From contig JBAZQY010000001.1 of NCBI GenBank assembly GCA_041663185.1, positions 19,448 to 83,447 of the forward strand: DNA of 64,000 nucleotides. The letters are read 5' to 3'. The first letter of the stretch is position 1, and each line of letters opens with the position of its first letter. The DNA comes from Minisyncoccota bacterium (GTDB lineage: Bacteria; Patescibacteriota; Minisyncoccia; Phycocordibacterales; UBA9973). The position numbers and the translations under genes are program-made. The notes below the pieces were generated by a model. It was not told where the DNA came from and searched no databases. It worked only from the letters and a program-made list of their open reading frames with translations. This document shows positions 1-8,804 of this stretch, in pieces.

Positions 1-2
1 TG

Positions 3-2000
3 TTGGCAACAGACCCGGACCGTGAAGGTGAAGCAATTTCGTGGCACTTGAAAGAACTTTTAGATAGCGACAAAAAAATAAAAGCTCCCATCAAGAGAGC
101 AACATTCCATGAAATCACAAAAGAGGCCGTAGAGGAGGCATTACAAAATCCACGCGATATTGACCAAAATTTAGTAAAAGCGCAAGAGGCACGTCGAGTT
201 CTTGATCGACTTGTCGGATATGATTTATCTGGAATAATCTGGAAGAAAGTCCGCTATGGACTTTCTGCTGGGCGAGTACAATCCCCCGCTCTGCGTATAA
301 TTATGGAGCGCGAAAGAGAAATCCGTGCATTTATTCCGGAACAATATTTCACTCTTGAGGGAATTTTTGACACTCAAAAGAAAAATAGAATCACTTTGTC
401 GTGTGCCGAAGAACCTCGTGACAAAAAACTGGTTGATGAAATACTTGATTTAGGAAAAAAGGAGAAATGGTTCGTGACTGACCTAAAGACAAGTGAACAG
501 AAAAGATCTCCGCGCGCGCCTTTTACTACTTCCACTCTTCAACAAACCGCAAGTACCCGACTTGGCTTCTCTCCATCCAGAACCATGCAGGCGGCTCAAA
601 AACTTTATGAGTCAGGATTTATTACCTATATGCGTACCGATAGCACGAACTTGTCCGTCCAAGCTCAGAATCAAATTGTTTCTCTTGTTGAGAAAAAATA
701 CGGTAAAGAATACGCTGAACTACATTTTTATAAAGCTAAATCCAAAAATGCCCAAGAAGCCCACGAAGCTATCCGCCCAACACACGTAACAGAAGAACAA
801 GCAGGTATGACTGAGGATCAAAAAAGATTATATCGTCTTATTTGGGAAAGAGCGGTCTCTTCACAAATGTCTGATGCTAAACTTCTCAAAACTAAAATAG
901 TCGCCAACATAGAAAGTAAAAAAATTCCTGACTTTTCAGCCAACGGCTCACAGGTACAATTCCTCGGGTGGCTTATATGTGAGACTGGTGCCCGCGGAGA
1001 AGATGTCGAGTTGCCTGAGGTCAAGGTTGGAGAAGAATTAAAATTAATTGATCTTCTAAGTACTGAGAAATTCACAGAACCACCAAACCGCTACACCGAA
1101 GCTGGTCTTATTAAAGAACTAGAAACTCGCGACATCGGCAGACCTTCAACTTATGCATCAATAATGAAAACACTTGAAGATAGAGGTTACGTTCGAAAAG
1201 AAGGGCGTACTCTTTTCCCTACTGACACGGGCGACGTCGTCTCGAGTTTCTTGGAAGACAACTTTGCAAACTATATCAGTGACACTTTCACCGCCGAGAT
1301 GGAAGACGAGCTCGATGATATTTCCAATGGTAAAAGAGATTATGTGAAAACCCTTAGTGATTTTTATACTCCATTCCAAAAAGAAATAAAAGAGAAAGAC
1401 AAACTTGCAAAAGCTACAAATATGGGAGAAGCACCAAGTGATATGTTTTGCCCTGTCTGTGGAAAAGCAATGATTATAAAACTTTCGCGTAATGGAAAAT
1501 TCTATTCATGTAGTAATTACCCAGAATGTACCGGAGCTCGAACTATCGAGGGCAACGTTCTAGAAGGTCCAAAAGAAACTGGCGAAATGTGCCCACTTTG
1601 CGGAGATAAGAAAGGAAAAAGTGGTGGAGGAAAATTAGTCACTCGTGAAGGACGATTCGGAGTATTTATTTCTTGTTCGCGTTATCCAAAATGTAAATTT
1701 ATTAAACAAGACGAGGAAGAATTAAAAAAGAAAATGACCGATGTTACTTGCCCAGTCTGTAATAAAGGAAAGATGATGGAGCGCCGAGGGCGCTTTGGAA
1801 TATTCTACTCCTGTTCCAATTATCCTGATTGTAAAAATGCTATCAAAGCCAAACCAACTGGAAGAATCTGCGATCTTTGCCAATCCCTAATGATGGAAGG
1901 CACAAAAACGATACCAGAGAGATGTAGTAACAGAATGTGTAAGAATCACAATCCCCATAAGCATGGTGACGGCATAAAAAATAATAAGAAAAAAACTTAG
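3..2000 (+). CDS. topA: DNA topoisomerase I (5'-truncated by window edge) with C-terminal tandem zinc-ribbon repeats
   Basis: Toprim/topoisomerase IA core motifs in the translation. The C-terminus carries CPVCG, CPLCG, CPVCN and CDLC zinc-ribbon repeats. The ORF runs from the window edge. Confidence 0.9.
   Translation: MATDPDREGEAISWHLKELLDSDKKIKAPIKRATFHEITKEAVEEALQNPRDIDQNLVKAQEARRVLDRLVGYDLSGIIWKKVRYGLSAGRVQSPALRIIMEREREIRAFIPEQYFTLEGIFDTQKKNRITLSCAEEPRDKKLVDEILDLGKKEKWFVTDLKTSEQKRSPRAPFTTSTLQQTASTRLGFSPSRTMQAAQKLYESGFITYMRTDSTNLSVQAQNQIVSLVEKKYGKEYAELHFYKAKSKNAQEAHEAIRPTHVTEEQAGMTEDQKRLYRLIWERAVSSQMSDAKLLKTKIVANIESKKIPDFSANGSQVQFLGWLICETGARGEDVELPEVKVGEELKLIDLLSTEKFTEPPNRYTEAGLIKELETRDIGRPSTYASIMKTLEDRGYVRKEGRTLFPTDTGDVVSSFLEDNFANYISDTFTAEMEDELDDISNGKRDYVKTLSDFYTPFQKEIKEKDKLAKATNMGEAPSDMFCPVCGKAMIIKLSRNGKFYSCSNYPECTGARTIEGNVLEGPKETGEMCPLCGDKKGKSGGGKLVTREGRFGVFISCSRYPKCKFIKQDEEELKKKMTDVTCPVCNKGKMMERRGRFGIFYSCSNYPDCKNAIKAKPTGRICDLCQSLMMEGTKTIPERCSNRMCKNHNPHKHGDGIKNNKKKT
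1931..1990. repeat. Direct repeat copy A (3' end of topA CDS); imperfect second copy at 2131-2190
   Basis: cagaatgtgtaagaatcacaatccccataagcatggtgacggcataaaa matches caaaatgtgtaaaaatcacaaccctcacaagcacggtgataatataaaa at roughly 85 percent identity over about 55 bp. Confidence 0.7.
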
Positions 2001-2024
2001 TCTTCACTAAGTTTTTTTGTTTTT
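1995..2024 (+). terminator. Putative intrinsic terminator after topA
   Basis: 7-bp stem acttagt/actaagt with loop cttc, followed by a T-run (ttttttgtttttg). Confidence 0.45.
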
Positions 2025-2130
2025 GTGAGACGGAGCGATGTTTTGCGAGCACGCAAAACCGCGAGTCGGGGTCGCGAGTTTTTCGAGTGACGACGAGAAA
2101 AAACTTGTGACCAAAAACGATACCCGAACG

Positions 2131-2190
2131 TTGCTCAAACAAAATGTGTAAAAATCACAACCCTCACAAGCACGGTGATAATATAAAATT
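2131..2190. repeat. Direct repeat copy B of topA 3'-end segment (non-coding position)
   Basis: See copy A. A GC-rich roughly 105-bp segment lies between the copies. Confidence 0.7.
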
Positions 2191-2243
2191 AAAGAAATAA
2201 ATTTCTTCTTTCAAAAAAATACCAATGAGTTATAATACTCCCT

Positions 2244-3710
2244 ATGACTCCAGTGGCAGACAAAATAATCGCCTTAATGCCCAATATTAAGGAAAAAGAC
2301 AAGGCTCTTATCGAAAAGGCCTATAATTTCGCTCAAAATGCCCATAAAGAGCAATTACGTAAGAGTGGTGAGCCATACTTCGTCCACGTTTTTGCAACAG
2401 CTTATAATTTGGCTGGGCTTGGAATGAATGCCATTGTAATATGCGCAGGATTACTTCATGATGTCTTAGAAGATACGAAAACTACCGAAGAAGAACTTGA
2501 AAAAGCATTTGGCAAAGAAATCGTCTCTTTAGTAAAAGGTGTTACCAAACTTGGTACAGTTAAATACAAAGGAGTTGAACGTAATATTGAAAACTTGCGA
2601 AAATTTTTCGTTTCAATGGCTGAAGATTTGAGAGTACTCGTCATCAAATTGGCTGACCGCCTACACAACATGGAGACATTGCAACATGTCCCTCCGGACA
2701 AACAGAAGCGTATCGCTCTTGAAACTCTAGAAGTATATGCGCCACTGGCAAACCGATTATCGATGGGAATATTAAAAGGGCGACTTGAAGACAGTGCTTT
2801 CCGATACGCTTACCCAAAAGAATATGAGGAAGTAAAAAAAATGCTTCTTGATAAGAAAGATGCTAAAGAAAAATATTTGATTGAAGTTAATGACAAACTG
2901 AAAGCTAAATTAAAAAAGGAACACATCAAAAATGCTGAAATAAATTATCGGCAGAAACATCTATATTCCCTTTGGAAAAAGTTACAAAAATATGGAATGG
3001 ATATTGATAAAGTTTACGATATTATTGCTCTTCGGGTCATGGTCAATAGTGTAACTGATTGTTACCACGTCCTTGGTATTATCCATGGGGAATGGACTCC
3101 TGTTCCGGGTCGTTTCAAAGATTATATTGCCCTACCAAAAGCCAACGGCTACCAGAGTTTACATACAACAATATTCACTGGAACTGGTGGAATCGTCGAG
3201 ATCCAAATCCGTACACATGAAATGCATGAGAATGCTGAGAACGGTATCGCCGCTCATTTCATATACAAAGAAAAAGAAAAAACGAAAGACCTAAATCCTA
3301 AACAGTTCGACTGGGTTTCTCAGCTGAATGAACTAAACAAGGAAACAGAAAAATCAGAAAAATTATTAGAAACAATTAAAATAAATTTTTTCAAAGATAG
3401 AGTTTTCGTCTTTACTCCCAAGGGCGATATTATTGATTTACCTGAGGGATCTTCGGTAATTGATTTCGCCTATGCAATACACACTGATGTCGGTAATCAT
3501 GCTCAAAGTGCCAAAATTAATGGTAAAAATTCAGCCTTGCATACAATTTTAAAAACCCATGATATTGTAGAAGTACAAGTGAACAAAAATTCTAAACCAT
3601 CATCCAAATGGTTAGATCACACTAAAACAACTCTAGCTCGCAAGCAGATAACTAACCATTTAAAAACAAATAGTTTGCTTTCCAAGTTTCTTTCTTTTGG
3701 TAAAAATTAA
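2244..3710 (+). CDS. rel: Bifunctional (p)ppGpp synthetase/hydrolase, short Rel/SpoT homolog with HD, synthetase and TGS domains and no ACT domain
   Basis: HD motif HDVLEDT, RelA/SpoT synthetase region, TGS-like segment VFVFTPKGDIIDLPEGSSVIDFAYAIHTDVGN. Length is 488 aa. Confidence 0.85.
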   Translation: MTPVADKIIALMPNIKEKDKALIEKAYNFAQNAHKEQLRKSGEPYFVHVFATAYNLAGLGMNAIVICAGLLHDVLEDTKTTEEELEKAFGKEIVSLVKGVTKLGTVKYKGVERNIENLRKFFVSMAEDLRVLVIKLADRLHNMETLQHVPPDKQKRIALETLEVYAPLANRLSMGILKGRLEDSAFRYAYPKEYEEVKKMLLDKKDAKEKYLIEVNDKLKAKLKKEHIKNAEINYRQKHLYSLWKKLQKYGMDIDKVYDIIALRVMVNSVTDCYHVLGIIHGEWTPVPGRFKDYIALPKANGYQSLHTTIFTGTGGIVEIQIRTHEMHENAENGIAAHFIYKEKEKTKDLNPKQFDWVSQLNELNKETEKSEKLLETIKINFFKDRVFVFTPKGDIIDLPEGSSVIDFAYAIHTDVGNHAQSAKINGKNSALHTILKTHDIVEVQVNKNSKPSSKWLDHTKTTLARKQITNHLKTNSLLSKFLSFGKN

Positions 3711-4741
3711 AGAGAAAAATTTTTAATATTATATAGATCGATATCTTCTTCGGCTTTTTTGATTTCTTCTTTTGTTCTATCATCCTCAAGATGTAAATTA
3801 TCATCTATACTTTCCTCCCCGACACTAGGGACGACTTCTTCAACCACAACAGTAGTGCCTGGTTGTGGTTCTTGGGTTGCGATGAATTTCTCAAGCATAC
3901 TGTTTGGATTGTTTTCGCCACTTGATTTGATTAGATTAAGAATTGTGTGTAAATCATCATTGGTAAAGAAATCAATCGTGATATACCCACCATTTTCTTT
4001 CTTTTCAATGTGGACACGAGTGCCAAGAGATTCTTGCAACCTTTCTTCCATTTCAGCAATTTCTGGATCAGGCATATACTCTTTTTTGCGAACGCGATCA
4101 AAGGCAATCTTGCGTGCTGCTTTCTCGGCATCACGAACTGTCATTTTCTTAAAAACAATTTCTTTAAAAAGAACCATTTGCTCGGCTGGCCGATCAATCA
4201 ACATCAAAATTGGGCGTGTATGTCCTTCGCTTATTTTACCGGAGGATAGGGCGTCCAAAATTTCTTGAGGTAAGGCAAGTAATCGCAAAGTGTTAGAAAC
4301 GTATTCGCGACTTTTTCCAACTTTCTTGCCGATATCTGTGTGAGTAAATTTAAATTCTTCAACAAGTCGCATAAAAGCTCGAGCTCGCTCAACAGCATTC
4401 AAATCTTCACGTTGCAAGTTCTCAATAATCGCAATTTCGAGTTTAGCCATATTGTCATCTCCTACTCGAATAATTACTGGTATCTGTTCAATCCCGGCAA
4501 TCTTGGCAGCGCGTAGACGACGCTCCCCAGCGATGAGTTCGTATTCAACAGCAATACCTCCATCTTCTTTCTGAACTTCTTGCCTTGAAACAACAAGTGG
4601 TTGGAGCACACCATACTGACGAATTGAATCTGCTAAATCTTTCAATCGAGCTTCATCGAACTCACGACGGGGCTGAAAAGGATTTGGTTTAATTTTTCCA
4701 ATATCTACCCAAAAAATTGAATTATTATAAAGTTGAGACAT
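3707..4741 (-). CDS. parB: Chromosome partitioning protein ParB/Spo0J with acidic C-terminal extension
   Basis: ParB box GERRLRAAKIAGIEQIPVIIR plus an HTH region. Its stop converges on the rel stop with a 4-bp overlap. No parA is adjacent. Confidence 0.85.
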   Translation of the reverse strand: MSQLYNNSIFWVDIGKIKPNPFQPRREFDEARLKDLADSIRQYGVLQPLVVSRQEVQKEDGGIAVEYELIAGERRLRAAKIAGIEQIPVIIRVGDDNMAKLEIAIIENLQREDLNAVERARAFMRLVEEFKFTHTDIGKKVGKSREYVSNTLRLLALPQEILDALSSGKISEGHTRPILMLIDRPAEQMVLFKEIVFKKMTVRDAEKAARKIAFDRVRKKEYMPDPEIAEMEERLQESLGTRVHIEKKENGGYITIDFFTNDDLHTILNLIKSSGENNPNSMLEKFIATQEPQPGTTVVVEEVVPSVGEESIDDNLHLEDDRTKEEIKKAEEDIDLYNIKNFSL

Positions 4742-4839
4742 CCCATTAGAAAATTTAATTTATAAAGTTTATTGGCCATTCTTATCCTGTTGATTTTCTA
4801 ACGGGACAAGTATCTATATTTTAGCATATTTTTATTCTA

Positions 4840-4868
4840 TTGAAAAATAAAAAGAAACCGTGTATAAT
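4840..4868 (+). promoter_or_regulatory. Consensus sigma70-type promoter for tRNA-Tyr
   Basis: TTGAAA at 4840-4845, a 17-bp spacer, TATAAT at 4863-4868, about 19 bp upstream of the tRNA 5' end. Confidence 0.5.
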
Positions 4869-4886
4869 CCCCTTGTATTTAAATAT

Positions 4887-4969
4887 GCGTCGGTGGCAGA
4901 GTGGTCAATTGCATTTGACTGTAAATCAAACGCCTTCGGGCTACGTAGGTTCGAATCCTACCCGGCGCA
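4887..4969 (+). tRNA. tRNA-Tyr(GTA): tRNA-Tyr (anticodon GTA) with long variable arm
   Basis: Acceptor stem gcgtcgg/ccggcgc with one GU pair, anticodon loop ctGTAaa, T-arm gtagg-ttcgaat-cctac, long variable arm. CCA is not encoded. Confidence 0.85.
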
Positions 4970-6455
4970 CTCTAGAGGACTCAATGTCTGAAATTGAAGA
5001 TTTTAGCTTGAAAAGAAAGGATGTATCAATGGTTCCAAATGCGCTGTTTTTGAAAGTGAGACCCTTTGGAAATTGGAACCATTGGAGTCGTATTTTTGTC
5101 TCAATAGGAGCATCACGCCAAACCTGACTTGGATTTCTAAAATATTCTTCTAATTCCTTCATAATTGAAAGAATGTCAATATTTAAGCTTGGCATTGCTA
5201 CCAATTGAGAGTTCAATTCCAGGAGTTCCTGGTCAATTAGTTCAAGTTGCTCTTTCAAGACCTCATTCTGGATAAATCCTTCAAGATTCTTTTTTATAAC
5301 ACTGGTTTGTTTGTATTTCAGTACTTGAATTTGCCTTTTCAATTTCTCTGTATTATTTCTTGTCTCTTGGAATTTCTTAGAAAAGTTCTTTTTAATTGCC
5401 AACTTCAGTTTCTCGATCTTTGATGAATCAAGGCTGTACTTATCCAGAAATTTCACAAAATCGTTCTCAAATTTATCCCGATTATAATTTGTATCCTTTC
5501 CTCCAAACCGGTAGTAGGGATATTTTTTGTCTCTGCCCTTTGACCAACTCCCGGTCAATTTTTTACCAATTTCATTGATCACGAATCTCCTCAATGGAAA
5601 GTCAGGATGATCCGTTATGTGCGTTGAATGTTTATGACCTTTATTCTTAAGGACCCTTTGTGCCTGATCGAAAATCTCCTCTGAAATTATTGCCGGGTAA
5701 AGGCCATTGTAAATTGCTCCAAATTTGATAATACGACCGCAGTAAAGTTCATTTCGGAGTATGGTGTAGAAATATCCTTTTGAAAATGGCTTTCCACTTT
5801 TATTAGCTAATCCTTTCTTTGTCATCATCTTTCTCACTTCCTCAGTCGTATATACATTACTTGCAACCAATGTAAACGTCTTGTGCACAATTGGAGCAAT
5901 TTTTGAATCCTTTACAATTGTAGCTTTTCCATTGACTTTTGCATTTAAATATCCAATAGGTGCCATCCAAACATATCTACCATCCCGCACAGCCTCCTTC
6001 ATTCCATTAGTGCTTCGTTCAGCCCTAATATCGTTATCAAATTGGGCAATATTGGCCATTGTATTTTCCATAAACCGACCAACAGGATTGTTTTCAAAAT
6101 ACTCAGAAGTCGATTTGATTTCGACTCCATACCTCTTTAATAATAGTCGTATTTGACTGTAATCATCTGTATTTCGGGACAATCTATCTAGTTTATAGAT
6201 TATCACTGCCCTGATCCCGTTCTTTTTTTCAGCACAATATTTAAGTAGCTTTTGAAGCTCTGTACGATCTGCAGTCTTGGCACTTTCACCTTGTTCCACA
6301 AAGACTTCATTAATTTCATAATCATTTTTATTAGCATATTCCCGGCAGATTCTCTCCTGGGTAACTAAGCTATTGCCTTCATCAGCCTGTTCCTTTGTTG
6401 AAACCCGGACATAGATTACGCACCTTTTCAATGCTGTTTGATTTGTAGTATTCAT
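4941..6455 (-). CDS. Large serine recombinase (integrase)
   Basis: Resolvase catalytic domain with YVRVSTKEQ (Ser nucleophile), recombinase domain, zinc-ribbon/coiled-coil C-terminus. 504 aa. The last roughly 10 codons overlap the tRNA-Tyr 3' end. Confidence 0.85.
   Translation of the reverse strand: MNTTNQTALKRCVIYVRVSTKEQADEGNSLVTQERICREYANKNDYEINEVFVEQGESAKTADRTELQKLLKYCAEKKNGIRAVIIYKLDRLSRNTDDYSQIRLLLKRYGVEIKSTSEYFENNPVGRFMENTMANIAQFDNDIRAERSTNGMKEAVRDGRYVWMAPIGYLNAKVNGKATIVKDSKIAPIVHKTFTLVASNVYTTEEVRKMMTKKGLANKSGKPFSKGYFYTILRNELYCGRIIKFGAIYNGLYPAIISEEIFDQAQRVLKNKGHKHSTHITDHPDFPLRRFVINEIGKKLTGSWSKGRDKKYPYYRFGGKDTNYNRDKFENDFVKFLDKYSLDSSKIEKLKLAIKKNFSKKFQETRNNTEKLKRQIQVLKYKQTSVIKKNLEGFIQNEVLKEQLELIDQELLELNSQLVAMPSLNIDILSIMKELEEYFRNPSQVWRDAPIETKIRLQWFQFPKGLTFKNSAFGTIDTSFLFKLKSSISDIESSRVRRVGFEPT
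4956..4970. repeat. attL-like direct repeat (last 15 nt of tRNA-Tyr)
   Basis: tcctacccggcgcac is identical to 10986-11000. Confidence 0.65.
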
Positions 6456-6681
6456 TTGATTTCTTATTCAGATATGCCTCAATTAGAATATTAGCATAGT
6501 AATCCAAAGCGACATCTTCTGAATCATTATTTAAACTATTAATGCCGAAAGAGGGACAACGACTTAAGGGTTTGTTGCTACACAAAAGCTCTCGTTGCCC
6601 CTCTTTTGGCTCAACCATTTTCTTAAGTATTTGGCTTTCATGTAGCTTACTCATAATATAAAATTTCTTAAAAATTTTCAA
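6382..6681 (-). CDS. Small hypothetical protein upstream of the integrase (possible directionality/regulatory factor; start probably internal)
   Basis: ORF only. Same strand as the integrase and overlapping its start. Confidence 0.3.
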   Translation of the reverse strand: MKIFKKFYIMSKLHESQILKKMVEPKEGQRELLCSNKPLSRCPSFGINSLNNDSEDVALDYYANILIEAYLNKKSNEYYKSNSIEKVRNLCPGFNKGTG

Positions 6682-6833
6682 CTAAAGCCTTGATTTGCTC
6701 TTCGAGGTCTTTGTTGTGTTTTCACTTTAGAGATTTTACTAAAATATTAGGAATGAGTAAGAAGCGAAAAATAACCTATTTCGTTATATTTCATCCTCTT
6801 TTAAGCACCATATAAAATGATTATGCTATTCTT

Positions 6834-8153
6834 ATGAGTGAAGAATCATGGAAAAGACAAGAAATCACGCCAATTGGATTGACTACCTGGCGAAGTGAAT
6901 ACAAGCCTTTTGGGATTAAAGACAATGATCGGCTTGGGCATATTTATGCAATTGGTAAAACTGGCACTGGAAAAAGTACTCTGCTAGAGAATATGGCTAT
7001 TTCTGATATCATTCGAGGTAATGGTCTTTGTGTAATTGATCCTCATGGAGATCTAGCTTCCAATATCCTTAATTACATACCGGAAAGTAGGATTAAAGAT
7101 GTTATTTACTTTAATCCAGTTGATAAGGAATATCCAATTGCCTTCAATCCTCTATCTGGCATTCATCCAAATCATCATCACTTAGTTGCTTCAGGGTTGA
7201 TTTCAACTTTCAAGAAGATTTGGGCTGATTCATGGGGGCCGAGAATGGAATATATTTTGCGCTTCGCACTCTTGACTTTGCTTGAAAATAGAAAGTGTAG
7301 TTTGCTAGATATTCAACCACTGCTCACTGACCAAACATTCCGAAATTCCATTTTGTCGCGTTCAATTAGCCCGTATATACTTTCTTTCTGGCACAATGAA
7401 TTTGATAAATATCCGCCGTCACTCAAGTCGGAAGCAATCGCACCTATATTAAATAAGGTAGGGCTATTTTTAGCCAGTACACCACTGAGAAATATTGTCG
7501 GCCAAAATTCGCGTGGATTTAATCTTCAAGAAGTTATGAATAATGGTAAAATTTTAATTGTGAATCTTTCAAAAGGAGAACTTGGTGAAGATGTTACAGC
7601 CATTCTTGGGAATATGATTGTCACTAACATTCAGCTTGCCGCCTTATATCGTGCCAGACAACCTGAACATACAAGGAAACCCTTCTATTTATATGTTGAC
7701 GAAATGCATTCTTTTGTCTCATTGTCTTTTGCAGATATTTTGGCTGAAGCCAGGAAATATCGGTTGTCTATTTTTCTTTCACACCAGTATATTGAACAAC
7801 TTCATGAAAAAATTAGAGCAGCCATCTTTGGAAATGTTGGTACTCTAATATCCTTCCGTATCGGGGCAACTGATGCTGAGTATTTAGAAAAAGAGTTCAA
7901 ACCGGTTTTTGATCAATACGATCTTATCCAATTGCCAAAATATAATATGTACTTAAAGCTGATGATTGATGGAGCAACTTCCCAGCCATTTAGTGCTGAG
8001 ACTAAGCCAATTTCCTTTTTGCCTCAAAAAAATATTTCTCAAGTGATTACATTTTCACAGGAAAGATATGGTTCAGAACGAAAAAGAGTAGAGGAAACTA
8101 TTTTAGCAAAGTATAAATCAAATGAAGGACGGCAAGATCAGAAACTATTTTAG
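6834..8153 (+). CDS. Soluble P-loop NTPase, T4SS coupling protein (TraD/VirD4/TrwB)- or FtsK/HerA-like, paralog 1
   Basis: Walker A GKTGTGKST, VIDPHGDL, YPIAFNPL, Walker B YLYVDEMHSF, then ARKYRLSIFLSHQYIEQL. No TM segment. Confidence 0.7.
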   Translation: MSEESWKRQEITPIGLTTWRSEYKPFGIKDNDRLGHIYAIGKTGTGKSTLLENMAISDIIRGNGLCVIDPHGDLASNILNYIPESRIKDVIYFNPVDKEYPIAFNPLSGIHPNHHHLVASGLISTFKKIWADSWGPRMEYILRFALLTLLENRKCSLLDIQPLLTDQTFRNSILSRSISPYILSFWHNEFDKYPPSLKSEAIAPILNKVGLFLASTPLRNIVGQNSRGFNLQEVMNNGKILIVNLSKGELGEDVTAILGNMIVTNIQLAALYRARQPEHTRKPFYLYVDEMHSFVSLSFADILAEARKYRLSIFLSHQYIEQLHEKIRAAIFGNVGTLISFRIGATDAEYLEKEFKPVFDQYDLIQLPKYNMYLKLMIDGATSQPFSAETKPISFLPQKNISQVITFSQERYGSERKRVEETILAKYKSNEGRQDQKLF

Positions 8154-8264
8154 GAATTTAAAAATATAAACAAATAAATTTATATTTTTACTAAGTCAAG
8201 TTATTATAACATCTTCCGTATCAGGTATAGTACTTCAGATTATTAACCTTTAAAACAGAAAATT

Positions 8265-8804
8265 ATGATTTATGCTATTATTCTAGCCGTCATTGTGATT
8301 CTCTTTCTTCTATTCCGGCCAAGACGCAAAAAAATTGGTGAGGTCGGACAACACTGGAACCATTTCTTTCCCAATTTCCAGTTCTCATCTGCAGAATTTT
8401 ATTCTTTAGTTGAAGAAAAGATTAAAGCTCAAGCAATGCCTAATACCCGAATCTCTAGGGTAAATTACGCCGAATCAAGCATTATTTCAAATAGACGAGA
8501 ATACTTACATATAGAGAGGAAAGAAGACATTTTTGATATTTGTGCCGCTCCATTTGGAACAGGTTTTTTCGTCTCCTATTGGCTTGGAAAGCCAAAGCAT
8601 GCTTTCAGAAATTTTCTTAGTAGAATACCTTACCTTAGTCAAATATCTGAAGGTTGGCAAGGTTCCACGTATTATCTGGCTGATACAGCAAGTATGTTTA
8701 GGGGTGCAGTTGTTAGTTCAATATCAGAGGCCATTGAAGAAATAACAACAAGAAAAGGTTTGCGTGGATTGTCAGAAAGTGAGCAATTTGCGATGGTTAG
8801 ATGA
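8265..8804 (+). CDS. Single-pass membrane protein (N-terminal TM helix), unknown function
   Basis: N-terminal MIYAIILAVIVILFLLF then RPRRKK. The stop overlaps the start of the next gene (ATGA), suggesting translational coupling. Confidence 0.5.
   Translation: MIYAIILAVIVILFLLFRPRRKKIGEVGQHWNHFFPNFQFSSAEFYSLVEEKIKAQAMPNTRISRVNYAESSIISNRREYLHIERKEDIFDICAAPFGTGFFVSYWLGKPKHAFRNFLSRIPYLSQISEGWQGSTYYLADTASMFRGAVVSSISEAIEEITTRKGLRGLSESEQFAMVR

Noticed and set aside
3759-4268. 169-aa plus-strand ORF inside parB
   Set aside because: It is antisense to a well-supported parB CDS, Ser-rich and low-complexity. It is a shadow ORF.
4840-5127. 95-aa plus-strand ORF
   Set aside because: It overlaps tRNA-Tyr and is antisense to the serine recombinase. 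It is an artefact of the tRNA/att region.
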